This document shows, one piece after another, positions 22,017-34,105 of a stretch of DNA of 64,000 nt. The stretch comes from a cyanobacterium endosymbiont of Rhopalodia gibba (lineage in GTDB: Bacteria > Cyanobacteriota > Cyanobacteriia > Cyanobacteriales > Microcystaceae), in NCBI GenBank assembly GCA_045159875.1, contig CP067995.1, positions 1,472,001 to 1,536,000 of the forward strand, read 5' to 3'. Each line of letters opens with the position of its first letter. The stretch's first letter is position 1. Made by a program: the position numbers and the translations under genes. The notes beneath the pieces were generated by a model. It was not told the DNA's origin. It made no database searches and was given only the letters and a program-made list of their open reading frames with translations.

Positions 22017-22032
22017 AATTCGGTGACTGTAA

Positions 22033-22119
22033 CGGAGAGGGAGGGATTTGAACCCTCGTCTGAGCTACCTCAGAAGCGGTTTTCGAGACCGCCGCATTCA
22101 ACCACTCTGCCACCTCTCC
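22033..22119 (-). tRNA. trnS: tRNA-Ser(CGA)
   Basis: Reverse complement ggagaggtggcagagtggttgaatgcg; anticodon arm gcggt-ctCGAaa-accgc; long variable arm; ggttcaaatcc; ctctccg. Confidence 0.96.
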
Positions 22120-22691
22120 AAAGGTTGGTGTTCTTCTTTCTATTATATAGTGGAAAGGAGAGGTGAAATACTCATTATGACTCTTAAAATTTATCGGAAG
22201 TTAATTTTTAATATATTCTTTGTTTGAAATCTAAGGGACAACTAACTGTTTATGATCAATGCTACATCCGATAGTCTTTCCACTTAGTGAGTGTATTATG
22301 TCTCCTGATAGTGATGATCAATCGATAGTGAATAATTTCAATATGTTCATTGTTGGTAATTTTTACTAGTATCCCCTCAATGGCAATATAGAGCTAGAGC
22401 TACGATACGCTCCTAATTTTCAGTCTATCCCACAACAGGTGTAGGGAATGGTCTTTTAGGTAGTCAAAAAATAAGCAGATTACAACACTACAAGTGATGT
22501 TTGAGGACTTTTCCTCCAATAACATTTTAATAGATAGATTTTTCCTCATTTGAAAATTTGTTTTGAGGTAAACGAGAATAACTTTTTATAAGTTATTCCA
22601 AATGCTCAATCTTTCTTTACCGATGTAGGATTGAGGTGATTGAGGATTCTAGATATTTGCATGGTATTCAATAAGTGTTTAGTTTTTCGAC

Positions 22692-22738
22692 GAGAAGCCC
22701 TGCTCTTTAACGATAGTTCAGCATAGGGATATGCTGAC
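22692..22738 (+). mobile_element. Possible IS200/IS605-type end or MITE relic
   Basis: gagaagccctgct...agcatagggatatgctgac resembles the GAGAAGCC-hairpin-(G)TCAC right ends common in cyanobacteria. No transposase nearby. Confidence 0.35.
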
Positions 22739-22769
22739 AAACACACCCCACATATTGAAACTTGCAAAC

Positions 22770-25682
22770 CTAAATTGGAAATCTTTTGAGTTTAGTCACA
22801 GCGTCCTTAGCTGATTTTTTAAGATAGCTAGAAATATTTGGAATCTGGGGAATTTGCAAAAGAAGATCAATAGTTCGTCGCAACAAGCGGACTAAATCCC
22901 CTTCGTCAAGACTCGTATTCTCGCACAATTCCTGCCAGTCTGTCCCTAATGCCCACTGTTCAATTACTCCCGTTAATTCTAACTCTAACCACACTGGAAT
23001 AGCGATATCATACCGAGACTGAGATTGGAAAAGAAGACGACGAATTTCCCTCAAACTTATTTCTTTTTCATTTGAATAGTTAAAAACATCTAAGATCTCT
23101 GGGGAGGGCAAGTAATTCGTCCAGGTGTCGGGACGCAAGGTTTCAGTAATTAAGGCACTGACCACAGCAGCCAGATGATGAGACTCTAAACGTTCGAGAG
23201 AGCCCGACATAATTACCAGCCCTAACCAAAGTTCGTTTTCTCCTCGAATGGCGGCGCAAGCTTGTCCTAGAGTCGTGGGTTCATAACCATGAAATGCTTT
23301 AAACTCTCGTAAAATATCAATTAAATTAAGGAATTCTTCCCAATAATAGGATTGACGAGATTGGAGTTTATGAAATCTGACATGGCTGATATGGAGTTGT
23401 TCTCGGAGTTTCAATCGTTGACGGTGTAGTTTTAGTAAACGAGTTGGATTTTTTTGTTGGGAGAAGGAATGGCTGTCTAGTTTCTCTTGAATGTGATTAA
23501 CACGTTGCTGTTGTTCGATTACCTCCGGGGCGATCTTCAAAGAAAAAACATGATCACTTATTTGACTATGGATCTTCACAAAATTCTCATCGCCTTTATG
23601 ACTTTTCCCGAAAGGAATCGTATCAAGATCGGGCAAATTTAGTTCTTTAATTAAATTGAGGGGGAGAGAAGTCTCACTGATATCGACCACATCGCTAGGT
23701 TTTACTCTATACCAATAGTTATCTTGCCCTAAACATAAATAATCATGAGACTTTCCTGATCCAGGAACTATTGCCACTAATACGGCTAAATGAGGACTGC
23801 ACAATTTTAGCCGTTTTCCTTTGAGATAAAAAATAGCTCCTAAATTTAATTTATCCAATTGAGGAGATATTTCTTGTTTACGATTTTTCTCTGCTTGCTG
23901 TTGTAGAATTTTTAGCAATCGCTGTTCTTCTTTAAGACGAGCCTTGAGTTTCTCGTAAGTAAAGAGATCGGTTTCTGTCAGTCCTGCTAAATCAATATCC
24001 ACTTTTGTTAATTCAGTGGTCAAACTGGCAATATTCCGCTGTTCAGGTTCTAACTTTAATTGGGCCAAGTATTCTGCAAAACTTCTCTCTAGTAAGTGTT
24101 TGGCTTCATCTAAGGTGTGTTTTTGCAACAGGTTTAAAACCATGCCATAGGAGGGAGTAAAACAACTTTTTAGATCTTCTGAGTTAGCTGTTGCCAGACA
24201 AGCGGCTTCTTTTGATCCTTCAAAGGGAGTTTGTACCGTTATTACATAACCTACTTTATCCATTCCTCGTCGTCCTGCCCGTCCAGCAATTTGCAAAAAT
24301 TCGGATGGTGTCAACATACTATGTCCAACATCGGTGCGTTTGGAAAGGGCAGAAATCACCGTAGTTCGCGCTGGCATGTTAATTCCTGCTGATAAGGTTG
24401 CAGTGGCAAACACTACTTTAACTAAACCTGCCTCAAACAACTGCTCTACTAATTCCTTCCAGACAGGAAGAATTCCCGCATGGTGAGCAGCAATGCCTCT
24501 GGTTAGAGGTTCGAGTTGATCGCCTCTGACTAATTGACAACTATTAGCTAATAATTGAAATAGATAAATTTTGGCTTCTTCATCTTTTCTTAAACGATCA
24601 AACAGATCGGCATTATAATCTAGATTAGATAAAAAGTTTAATAATGGTTGGTACAGAAGAGGATTTTCAATTTGAACCACCTGAAGCAGACTTTTTTGAA
24701 GGGGGAGATTTCTGGAGAGAAAGAAGGTTAATAGATTATATTGTAAGGCGTGAGCTTCTTCTGGAGAAACTAAGGTTAGACCGTCGAGTCTCTGTACTGA
24801 TTGATCACACCCTCGACGACTAAAAATAACATAGATAGCAGGGAGTAAGTCCTGTTTATGGAGTTGTCTAATCACTGTCATTGGGTTAGGACAATCTTCA
24901 CGTTTAAGTCGCCTTTTTCTGTTTTGTTGTCCCTTAGATTTCAAACAAGGATTGAGAGAATTTTGTTTCTGGTTAAGGAGCGGAGAAAGTCCCGTTTTTC
25001 GACTAAAGTAAAACCGTAGGGGAACAGGACGAAAATCGGAATTAATCAACTTACACAGACTGACTGCATCAGTCTTTAAGTCGATACCAGGGGCAGTTCT
25101 TCGGACTTGATTGATCCAATTGGTAAGATCCTTAGGGTTGCCGATGGTAGCTGACAGGGCGACCAGTTGGATAATAGGAGGACAATAAATAATTGATTCT
25201 TCCCAGACTGTTCCACGATCTCGATTGCTGATATAGTGGCACTCATCTAAAATTACAGTAGCCACGTTTTCTAGAGACGTTCCTACCTGGCCGATAGGGG
25301 TTTCGTAAAGCATATTACGAAAAATTTCAGTGGTCATAATGACGATGGAAGCATTAGCATTAATTACTATGTCTCCCGTGATTAACCCTATTGGGTTTTG
25401 CTCGTCTTGGTCTACCTCTGGACAAAATTTATCTTGAAAATCACGAAATTTCTGATTTGAAAGGGCTTTCAGAGGAGTAGTATAAAAAACACGCTTACCT
25501 CTTGCTAAGGCATGGTAAATTGCATATTCCCCAATAACAGTCTTTCCTGAACCTGTGGGCGCACAGACAACAACAGACTTTCCCTCTGTCAGGGCTGTGA
25601 TTGCTTCTTTTTGAAACCCATCTAGTTCAAAAGGAAAAAGCTTATCTAAATTTAATGGAGACGGCTCTAAGGATTGTTTCAC
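22770..25682 (-). CDS. Ski2/HelY-like DExH-box RNA helicase
   Basis: APTGSGKT, DECH, SAT, HHAG, QIAGRAGRRG and C-terminal DSHCT-like DEGDLVR. GTG start. Confidence 0.92.
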   Translation of the reverse strand: MKQSLEPSPLNLDKLFPFELDGFQKEAITALTEGKSVVVCAPTGSGKTVIGEYAIYHALARGKRVFYTTPLKALSNQKFRDFQDKFCPEVDQDEQNPIGLITGDIVINANASIVIMTTEIFRNMLYETPIGQVGTSLENVATVILDECHYISNRDRGTVWEESIIYCPPIIQLVALSATIGNPKDLTNWINQVRRTAPGIDLKTDAVSLCKLINSDFRPVPLRFYFSRKTGLSPLLNQKQNSLNPCLKSKGQQNRKRRLKREDCPNPMTVIRQLHKQDLLPAIYVIFSRRGCDQSVQRLDGLTLVSPEEAHALQYNLLTFFLSRNLPLQKSLLQVVQIENPLLYQPLLNFLSNLDYNADLFDRLRKDEEAKIYLFQLLANSCQLVRGDQLEPLTRGIAAHHAGILPVWKELVEQLFEAGLVKVVFATATLSAGINMPARTTVISALSKRTDVGHSMLTPSEFLQIAGRAGRRGMDKVGYVITVQTPFEGSKEAACLATANSEDLKSCFTPSYGMVLNLLQKHTLDEAKHLLERSFAEYLAQLKLEPEQRNIASLTTELTKVDIDLAGLTETDLFTYEKLKARLKEEQRLLKILQQQAEKNRKQEISPQLDKLNLGAIFYLKGKRLKLCSPHLAVLVAIVPGSGKSHDYLCLGQDNYWYRVKPSDVVDISETSLPLNLIKELNLPDLDTIPFGKSHKGDENFVKIHSQISDHVFSLKIAPEVIEQQQRVNHIQEKLDSHSFSQQKNPTRLLKLHRQRLKLREQLHISHVRFHKLQSRQSYYWEEFLNLIDILREFKAFHGYEPTTLGQACAAIRGENELWLGLVIMSGSLERLESHHLAAVVSALITETLRPDTWTNYLPSPEILDVFNYSNEKEISLREIRRLLFQSQSRYDIAIPVWLELELTGVIEQWALGTDWQELCENTSLDEGDLVRLLRRTIDLLLQIPQIPNISSYLKKSAKDAVTKLKRFPI

Positions 25683-26726
25683 TCAAGTTATACGTACGAT
25701 TAACTGTCAAAGGATCATATCTCTTTCCCTATTCCATTACGGTGGTCAGGGAATAAATACAAGAATAACATTGACATAGATAGATTTTGGGTAAACTGCT
25801 GCTTAATGATTCAGTAAATTTCTTTACAACAATTGTCATCTTAAACTTATTGAACAAAACATTGTACAAGTTTCCGAAAACGTCTGTCTTTCGTCATGGA
25901 AACCTTCTAGCCAAATCAAAGTCTCCAGCAATAATTTAGGGAAAGCATCTAATATGCCTTAATAACAGTATCTATTCGTAAAAATATACCTGAAAAATAG
26001 TGAATCAATAGAATTAATATGTTGGTAAATATAATTAAAAAAATCTTATATAGATTATTTGATGAAAAGAGTAACTCAAAAAATTTCCTATAGCTGAAAG
26101 AAAAATAAATAAAAATATAGAATTTTTTAAAGAGTTATTAAAAAAAAATAAAATCTCTATTACAGCTAACAATTAGCTAAATTTTTTAAAAATATAAGAC
26201 AAGTAAAATCGAATTACATAACAATCTATAGTCTTACTTTAAAGATAAGCTAAAAATAGAGAAAGAATAAAAGTGAGTATTAAATTCTATTTGTCTCTTC
26301 AAAAAAAAATTTTTTAAACAGATAATATTTTTTCAAACAAAGAGTCAAATTTGACTAAAAATATCCGCAGAATAAAAGAATAATTACTATAATTATTTTT
26401 AAAAATTATTTCTTGTATGTAAGTGATTTGATTGAAGTATTATTGAAATTATAGAAAATAAAATAATTATATTTATTTATCTACTGGCTTATAATCTAGA
26501 ACTAAACAGAATAGAAGGCGAATAGTTTTAAATAAAAGCTCACAAAGTTTTTAAAAAATATTTCAATATAAATATAATCGACTTATGGTAGTTAATCCAA
26601 AAGATATAAACTTAGGTATCATATATTTAATCTAAATTGTTTTGCTTAAGAATAAATAATTTTATTTTTAATATTTATTTAAAGCTACTTACTCGCTAAG
26701 TTTTATAACTAGAGTAAGTGTTACTA

Positions 26727-28109
26727 TTACTTGCCAATACAAAACCGGCTAAAGATTCTCTCTAAAATTGATTCTGTAACTTCGTCTCCAGTAATTTCTC
26801 CTAACGCTTTAATAGCAATACGTAGATCAATTGTCAAAAAATCTAAAGGTAATTGATTAGCCATAGTTTCTTGTACTTGTTCCAAAGCAAGTTTAACACG
26901 GGTTAAGACTTCTGCTTGCCGTTGATTAATGGCTAAATCTAAATCATCTGCTGTGATTTTTTGAATTCTAACCGATGCTAATATAGCTTTTTCTAAAGCT
27001 TCAACTCCTTGATTTTTTGAAGCGATTGTTTTAACAATTTGTTTAATTTTCGAGGGAAATTGTATTGATTCTATTGTTCCTAAATCAATTTTATTAATAA
27101 CTAAAATCAAGGGGCGGTGGCTTACTTGTTGATAAATTTCTTGATCCTCAGCAGTCCATCCTGCTTGGGCGTCAATAGTCAGTAAAATAAGGTCAGCATA
27201 ATTCGCCGCACGACGTGATCGCTCAACTCCCATTTTTTCAACTATATTCACAGTGTCTCGAATTCCGGCAGTGTCCCACACTTGGACAGGAATTCCTCCC
27301 ACTACTAACTGTGATTCTACTAAATCTCTAGTGGTTCCTGGTAAGTCAGTAACAATAGCGCGATCACACTGATTCCAAGCATTGAATAAACTTGATTTTC
27401 CCACATTGGGACGACCAACAATAGCTACTTTAATCCCACTGCGGAGTAATTCCCCTTGACTGGCTGTAACTAAAATCTTCTGTAATTTTGCTAAAATTTT
27501 TTCTAACCTCTCAATAATTAATTCTTTATTTAAAGAGGGTAAATCATCTTCAAAATCGATTCTAGCTTCTATTTCCGCGAGAACATCTAAGCAACTATCA
27601 TGGAGTTGATATATTGTTTTTGCTAGTTTTCCTTGCAATCCAGCTAATGCTATTTGAGATGCTTGAGCTGAACGCGCTCCCACCAATTCTGCTATGCTCT
27701 CAGCTTGGGTTAAGTCGATTCTACCGTTAAGAAATGCTCGCAGGGTAAATTCTCCAGGTTGTGCTAGTTTTGCTCCTAATTCTAAACATAATTGTAGAAC
27801 CTGCTGTACAGGAATTATGCCTCCATGACAGTGAAATTCCACAACATCTTCACGAGTATAAGAACGGGGAGCTAACATCAATAGTAAAAGGGCTTCGTCT
27901 ATCACCTTTTGGGTTCGAGGATGACGAATGTAACCGTAAAGAATACGATGGGTTTCCCAGAATTGCTTTCCAGGAAGCTCAAACAAAGTTTTGGCAATGG
28001 TTAAGGACTGGTTTCCCGATAGACGCACAATCCCGATGCTACCTTGTTGGGGAACGATAGCAGTAGCAATCGCGGCTATGGTTTCTCCTTGATTAATCAT
28101 CATAGTCAT
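26727..28109 (-). CDS. mnmE: tRNA modification GTPase MnmE/TrmE
   Basis: [31 protein letters not shown] and C-terminal FSRFCIGK. Confidence 0.97.
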   Translation of the reverse strand: MTMMINQGETIAAIATAIVPQQGSIGIVRLSGNQSLTIAKTLFELPGKQFWETHRILYGYIRHPRTQKVIDEALLLLMLAPRSYTREDVVEFHCHGGIIPVQQVLQLCLELGAKLAQPGEFTLRAFLNGRIDLTQAESIAELVGARSAQASQIALAGLQGKLAKTIYQLHDSCLDVLAEIEARIDFEDDLPSLNKELIIERLEKILAKLQKILVTASQGELLRSGIKVAIVGRPNVGKSSLFNAWNQCDRAIVTDLPGTTRDLVESQLVVGGIPVQVWDTAGIRDTVNIVEKMGVERSRRAANYADLILLTIDAQAGWTAEDQEIYQQVSHRPLILVINKIDLGTIESIQFPSKIKQIVKTIASKNQGVEALEKAILASVRIQKITADDLDLAINQRQAEVLTRVKLALEQVQETMANQLPLDFLTIDLRIAIKALGEITGDEVTESILERIFSRFCIGK

Positions 28110-28265
28110 GCGTTAACTGGTTTTTTTATAATCGATCTCCTTATTATCAGTTAAAATTGCTCAATTATTCTCATTATCATTTATATTCCTTGATAGCATT
28201 TATACACAAGGCTTACCAGGGTGGAGTCTTTTGACAGTGATAGGTAAAATGCTCAATTAGGTAAA

Positions 28266-29129
28266 CTATGAAGGTGTTTTCTCAAGACTTTTTAGGAGGG
28301 CTTTGATCCTAGGGGTAGCTAGAAATATTTTAGTATCTTTTAAGAGCTTAGTCCCCCAGAGATTATCTTCTAAAAATTGCAATTCACCATAGCGACTGTC
28401 CAGTTTTAAGGCGGCTTCCCCTAACTTAAGTCCTTCCTCTGTTTTCCCTTGAGCATATAAGGCTACCGCTACAGCTAATTTGGGTTCTGCCTGTTCAGAA
28501 TCAATAGTTAATGCTGCTTGCCACTCTTCAATTGCGCTTTTGGTATCTCCTTCTTCGTACTTAATCAAACCAATATTATTAACCGCAGGCCAAAAATTTT
28601 TTTCTTGGGTAATTGCCTTTTTATAAACTGTAATTGCATCTGTAATTTTTTTTAATTTTAGATAGGAATTACCTAAATCAAACAAAGCTGCGGGGGTATC
28701 TGGTTTAAGAACAAGTCCCTCTTCTAATTCCCTTACCGCCGCTCGATATTTTCCTTGTTGAAAATAGGCATTTCCTAAGGTAAATTTAATTCCTGCTTCT
28801 TCTGGGGCTATGGATAATGCTTTTTGTAATGCCTCAATCGCTTGATCTAATTCTTGTTTTTGAATATATAAAGTCCCTAAAATAAACCAAGGTTGATATT
28901 GAGTTGGAGCAAGTTGGGTAGCCAGTTTAGCCCTTGACAGGGCTAACTCGTATTGTTGAAAACGAACTAACTGTACCGCATCCTCGGCTAATTCTAAACC
29001 CCGTTGTTCCAATTGTTCTAAGTTTAATTGGGGAGTGTAGGGCAGAAGGGCCTGTCCCATTACGGGGGTCATCAAAGTCCAAAAACCTGTTAAAGCAAAT
29101 AGGGAAAGCAACCAGTTACGTTTAGGCAC
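28266..29129 (-). CDS. Tetratricopeptide repeat protein with signal peptide
   Basis: Hydrophobic N-terminus followed by repeated TPR helices (LGNAYFQQGKY..A, LGNSYLKL). Confidence 0.85.
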   Translation of the reverse strand: MPKRNWLLSLFALTGFWTLMTPVMGQALLPYTPQLNLEQLEQRGLELAEDAVQLVRFQQYELALSRAKLATQLAPTQYQPWFILGTLYIQKQELDQAIEALQKALSIAPEEAGIKFTLGNAYFQQGKYRAAVRELEEGLVLKPDTPAALFDLGNSYLKLKKITDAITVYKKAITQEKNFWPAVNNIGLIKYEEGDTKSAIEEWQAALTIDSEQAEPKLAVAVALYAQGKTEEGLKLGEAALKLDSRYGELQFLEDNLWGTKLLKDTKIFLATPRIKALLKSLEKTPS

Positions 29130-29338
29130 GATATTTTTGTTAAAGTCTTTCAGAATAGCTAGTTGGTCATCCCAATTATTGTAGTCTGTCTCGTTCTAAT
29201 TTGGTTGGACGATAGTGTTGACAAATTTGGCGATTATGGGTTGTGTCAAGACGGAATTAATTTTAATTAAGTTTAAACCAAAAAAGGATGGGTTAGACTA
29301 AACCTTTTAAAAGTTGCAGCATTAATGATAGACTTGTC

Positions 29339-29377
29339 AAAACCCGTGAATATTTACATAAAATATTCACGGGTTTT
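29339..29377. repeat. Perfect inverted repeat, 17-bp arms
   Basis: aaaacccgtgaatattt-acata-aaatattcacgggtttt. Confidence 0.92.
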
Positions 29378-30168
29378 TTGCGTATAAATTATAAATTTAA
29401 ATCTAATATTTTAACTTAATTTTATTAGTTAAAATAATCTTTTTAAGAAGTTAGCTATTATACATGATCAAATAATAAATAAAACTATTTTAAGATATCT
29501 TCTTTTGAGATAAAATCTGATAAATGCTAAAAATAAAATTGCAAAAAAATTAGTTTTTTAAAAAAATTTTTAAATAGTGATATTAAAAATATTTCAAAAT
29601 AAACAATAAACCGAGTAAACAGTAAATTATGGTAATTAAAAAATTAAGTTAAAAATTGGAGATGTGAAAAATTCAGACATTAAACCCCTTGACATTCAAT
29701 CAATAAAACTGTCTTGATTAAAAGCAAAAAAATTATCGTATACATGATAGTTTCGATAAATAAAAAGTTAAATATAAAAATACTAATGTATGAAGTAATA
29801 ATTAAATATCTAGAATATTAATACAAAAAATTTTAAAAAAAATTAAAAAAATTAATGTAAATTCTAGAAGACTAAAAAAATCAATCGATATCATAAATTG
29901 AAGTAGAAATAAGTATGTTTTGGGGTGTTAAAACGGTTAATATTTAATCAAATAATAAAATTTTAGTTAATAAAAAAAAATTAAATAAAAATGAATATAT
30001 GTTATCTTTAACAGACAAACTTAAAATAAAAAATTAAGAATTAAGCTCAGATCATAAAACATCACTATTATTCTCGATTTTTTTTAAATAAAAGAGACCG
30101 AATACAAGAGCTATGAGAGTCAACTCATTGGACTCAAAAGAATTATTTATTTTTTTTATAAAAATGTG

Positions 30169-30212
30169 AGATAAATAGGTAGTAATTTTTCTAAATTACT
30201 ACCTATTTATCT
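30169..30212. repeat. Perfect inverted repeat, 20-bp arms
   Basis: agataaataggtagtaattt-ttct-aaattactacctatttatct. Confidence 0.95.
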
Positions 30213-30507
30213 TTTACAAACAAAAAGTAGTATCAAAAATTAGTAATAAATTGAAGTTAATTAAAAGAATAGCTAACTTATAGATTTATACATTGTGTCA
30301 GCATTTAATTATTGTATTTTTTAAGTTAACATTACATTAGTAAATTTTATATGATGAATTCAGTCATATCAAAATAGTCTTGATTATTGTTAGTATTTCC
30401 TGTATAACTAATATAATTATAGTCTTTTACAGCTTGAACAAAGAGAGAATAAGACTCCCATTGTTTATCCTTAATTGTATTTTCTCCATAGATAAAAAAG
30501 CTTTACT

Positions 30508-31359
30508 ATGCCTCATAGTCTTACCCTAAAATCAAAATACCAATGTTTTGGAGGAACTGTTGCCTACTACAGTCATCAGTCTCAATTTTGTAATCATCCG
30601 ATGAATTTCGCTGTTTATCTTCCGCCTAAAGCAAAAACTGAACCTGTCCCAGTTTTGTATTATTTACCGGGATTAACTTGTACAGAAGAAAATTTTGTTA
30701 TCAAAGCTGGAGCACAGCAGTTTGCTGCTATATACGGCATTATGCTAGTAGTTCCTGACACTAGTCCTCGCGATACAGAGATCCTAGAAGAAGATAAAAC
30801 TTGGGACTTAGGAAGTGGGGCAGGGTTTTATGTTGATGCTACCATTGAACCATGGAACAGCCATTATCAAATGTATAGTTATGTTGCAAAAGAATTGTAC
30901 AGTTTAATACAGAATAATTTTAATGTAAATAGGGATAAAACTAGTATTTTTGGTCATTCCATGGGAGGTCATGGGGCGTTGATTTGTGGATTGAAAAATC
31001 CTCAACAATATACCTCAGTTTCTGCTTTTGCTCCTATTACATCACCAATTCATTGTCTTTCAGGAAAAAAAGCATTTACAGCTTATTTAGGAAACGATAA
31101 AAGCAATTGGTATCAATATGATGCAAGTGAATTAGTTAAACAAACTCAGCTTCGATATCCACTTTTAATTGATCAAGGCTTAGCTGATCCTTTTTATTAT
31201 CAGAAGCAATTATTACCAGAAAGATTTAAAGAAATTTGCGAACATGTCGGACAATCTTTAATTTTAAGATTTCATCAAGAATATGATCACAGTTATTTTA
31301 TGATCTCTAGTTTTATTGAAGATCACATCAGCTATCATGCTATGTATTTAAATAGTTAA
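30508..31359 (+). CDS. fghA: S-formylglutathione hydrolase
   Basis: GLTCTEENF..KAGAQ, PDTSPR, GAGFYVDAT, GHSMGGHGAL and YDHSYF. Confidence 0.94.
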   Translation: MPHSLTLKSKYQCFGGTVAYYSHQSQFCNHPMNFAVYLPPKAKTEPVPVLYYLPGLTCTEENFVIKAGAQQFAAIYGIMLVVPDTSPRDTEILEEDKTWDLGSGAGFYVDATIEPWNSHYQMYSYVAKELYSLIQNNFNVNRDKTSIFGHSMGGHGALICGLKNPQQYTSVSAFAPITSPIHCLSGKKAFTAYLGNDKSNWYQYDASELVKQTQLRYPLLIDQGLADPFYYQKQLLPERFKEICEHVGQSLILRFHQEYDHSYFMISSFIEDHISYHAMYLNS

Positions 31360-33636
31360 TCTAACTTAAGTAGAGTAGATAATATTTACTATATTTTACG
31401 TAAATATGGCCAAATACTCAAAATTAAACTTAATTCAACTTAAAACATCAAACAACTTTTCCTAGAGACTTTTTATAAGCGTGAGTTCGACTGAAAGTTA
31501 TGAAGGGAAAAGGAAGTAGCAGTTCTATGCTATGAGCAACATTCATTAATGTTACCTGTTTAAAACAAGCATTAAAAAAAATATTTTTCAATCTAGTTAG
31601 TTATCTATCATAATTTTCTAAAGCGTAGCTTATACTTTTTGGTGGGGAATCTCAATATGCTGTTTCTTACAGACTCATATGGGCAAAATCATAAGAATTA
31701 GTTCATTAATTTTATTTAAATAAAAATCTATTACCAGCATTGTAGTAAGGCATGCTAAAGTTTTAAAAACTTAATTATTTTAGAGCAAAACTCTGTTAAA
31801 TAACATTAAAAATTTAAACTTTTTAAAAGTTTAAATAATCGGTCTAGATATTAGCTTTAAAATTGACTAAAAGCAATAAATAAGACCATAAAGTTCTTTA
31901 TTAACTAGCAGAACATCTAAGGAATAGATTATTATATTTATCTATAAATTTTTTTTGAAAAACTATAATAATAGCTCTATTACAAGAATTTTTAAGTACG
32001 AAGTAAAATCAAATAATATCATCTTATTTCGTAAACGTTCTTTGATTGTAGTAATTAACTATTAATTGAGAAATATTTAAAACTGTTTAATATTTTTTGT
32101 TCGGCTAATATTTTAAATTTATTTATCTAAAAATATTTCTAATTTTAGAATAAATTTTATTTAAATAAATTAAAGTAAATGGACAAATAAAAAATTCTAA
32201 GTAATAGATATCTTCATTGCAATTAATTACTTAATTCAATAACCTGCAAACTATTAAAAATTTAATTTTAATTGAATTAATCCTCTTCTCAGGAGTGATA
32301 AAATAACGAAAAGTACATAATTTTTCCATTTTAGCTAAATTTTTTTTTGTTAGTTGAAGTAGAAAAAATCAATATTATTGAATAATAATTAGCACAAAAT
32401 AATGATACTTTTCTGTAAAAATTAAATACTTCCGTACACAAAAAATAGATGTCACAGTCTATATCCTAAATATGTGTTGTTTAATCCAAAAACTAAACTT
32501 AACCAAAAATATTCTATGTCTTTAAAATTTAGATAAATAGTGTTTAAATATTGAGGTAAGATAAGATACAGTTAAAAAATTTCAATTTTTAAACTTAGTT
32601 TTTACTGAAAAAACTAGATCTATTTAACCATGTTTTTTAAAACCATCAAAGCAACTAAAAGAAAATAAATTTATAAAGAAAATAAAATTAATTGAGAGTA
32701 CTAGGTACATTAAGACGTTTATTTTTTTTATTTGTAAATATTTATTAGAAAATATTTTTTCGTCTTTTAAAGTATTTTTTATTTAAAATATTTTTTTAAT
32801 CTATTTTAAACTTATAAAAATATTTTATTTAATTTTTCTTAAAATATACGCAAAAATTTTAGATTTTAAATCTATTTAAATTTACCAATAAGCCTAAATT
32901 ATATAGTCAACTCAACTGTTAAGTTGAGCGATCTTAAAAAGAATTATACTGCTCAACTCAACAAAATATAAGTGTCACCAAAGACTATGCCAAACAGTTT
33001 ATCATCTATGTAAAATAAGCAAATTTAAAGTAAAAAAATAAAAAATAACTGTGATAAACCCTCTTACAATAAACCTTTAAATTTTAATCGTAAGAGGGTT
33101 TAAATATTCTATAACTTTAATTTTTTTAAAAATAAAATTTAAAAAATTTAAAAATACAGTCAAAATAAAAAGTTTGTAAGTTATTAGCTACTAATTTATA
33201 AAATTAAGTCGAAAAAAACCAGAAAAACACTTTTAAAAAACATCGAACTGGAAGGAGATACTTACAATTTTTTTATATCAGAATAAAAAGATACTCAAGG
33301 CTTGATTACAAAGCTATAAAAGTTATAATAGAACAAGTCTAATTGACACATAGAAATAAACTAAGAGATTAAAAAACTAGAAATGGATAGAAAAGTTTTT
33401 CTGGATCAAAAAACGATACATTGACAACTGATGAGTAATAGGTAGTCTTGATTGTAGAGAGAGCAGGATGAAGATAATAGATAAATAACAACATTTTCTG
33501 TTCTGAGAAAGATTAGTGAAACAATAATGTCCTATTCTTTAGGTAGGGAAGCTTGCACCATATGCTGATAAGTTATCCTTAAAATCAGTTATCTCAGAGT
33601 TAGGACATCCCTTTTCTTGACACTTTTATACTTTTT

Positions 33637-34101
33637 ATGTTGACTATTATTGGCTGTGGTAATCTAAATCGATCTGATGATGCTGTGGGAGTCGTCATTT
33701 CCCAAAACCTTCAAGAATTTCTTTTAGAACATCCTGCTTCCAATGTTCGTATTTATGATTGTGGAACGGCTGGAATAGAAGTTATGTTCCAAGCTAGAGG
33801 TAGTCAGAAACTAATCATTATTGATGCATGCTTGACTAATTCCCCTCCAGGAACTATTTTTGCAGTCCCTGGAGAGGAGTTAGAGAACTTACCTGCACCA
33901 AGTTATAACTTGCATGATTTTCGGTGGGATCATGCCTTAGCAGCCGGACGCAAAATTTTTAAAAATGATTTCCCTCAAGAGGTAATCGTCTACTTAATTG
34001 AGGCAAAAAACTTGGAACTAGGATTGGAGTTAACTCCTCCAATACGAAAAGCTGCTACAGTAGTTTTAGAAAGGTTAAAAAAGCAAATTTTAAATTGGTG
34101 A
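33637..34101 (+). CDS. hupW: Hydrogenase maturation protease (HupW-like)
   Basis: IIGCGNLNRSDDAVGV, DCGTAG and HDFRWDHAL, typical of cyanobacterial HupW. Confidence 0.8.
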   Translation: MLTIIGCGNLNRSDDAVGVVISQNLQEFLLEHPASNVRIYDCGTAGIEVMFQARGSQKLIIIDACLTNSPPGTIFAVPGEELENLPAPSYNLHDFRWDHALAAGRKIFKNDFPQEVIVYLIEAKNLELGLELTPPIRKAATVVLERLKKQILNW

Positions 34102-34105
34102 CAAC

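Noticed and set aside
27761..29125. Plus-strand ORFs of 99 and 63 aa
   Set aside because: Antisense to mnmE and the TPR gene.
31479..31491. gcgtgagttcgac, reminiscent of a cyanobacterial IS terminal repeat
   Set aside because: Only 13 nt, with no convincing partner repeat or transposase remnant.
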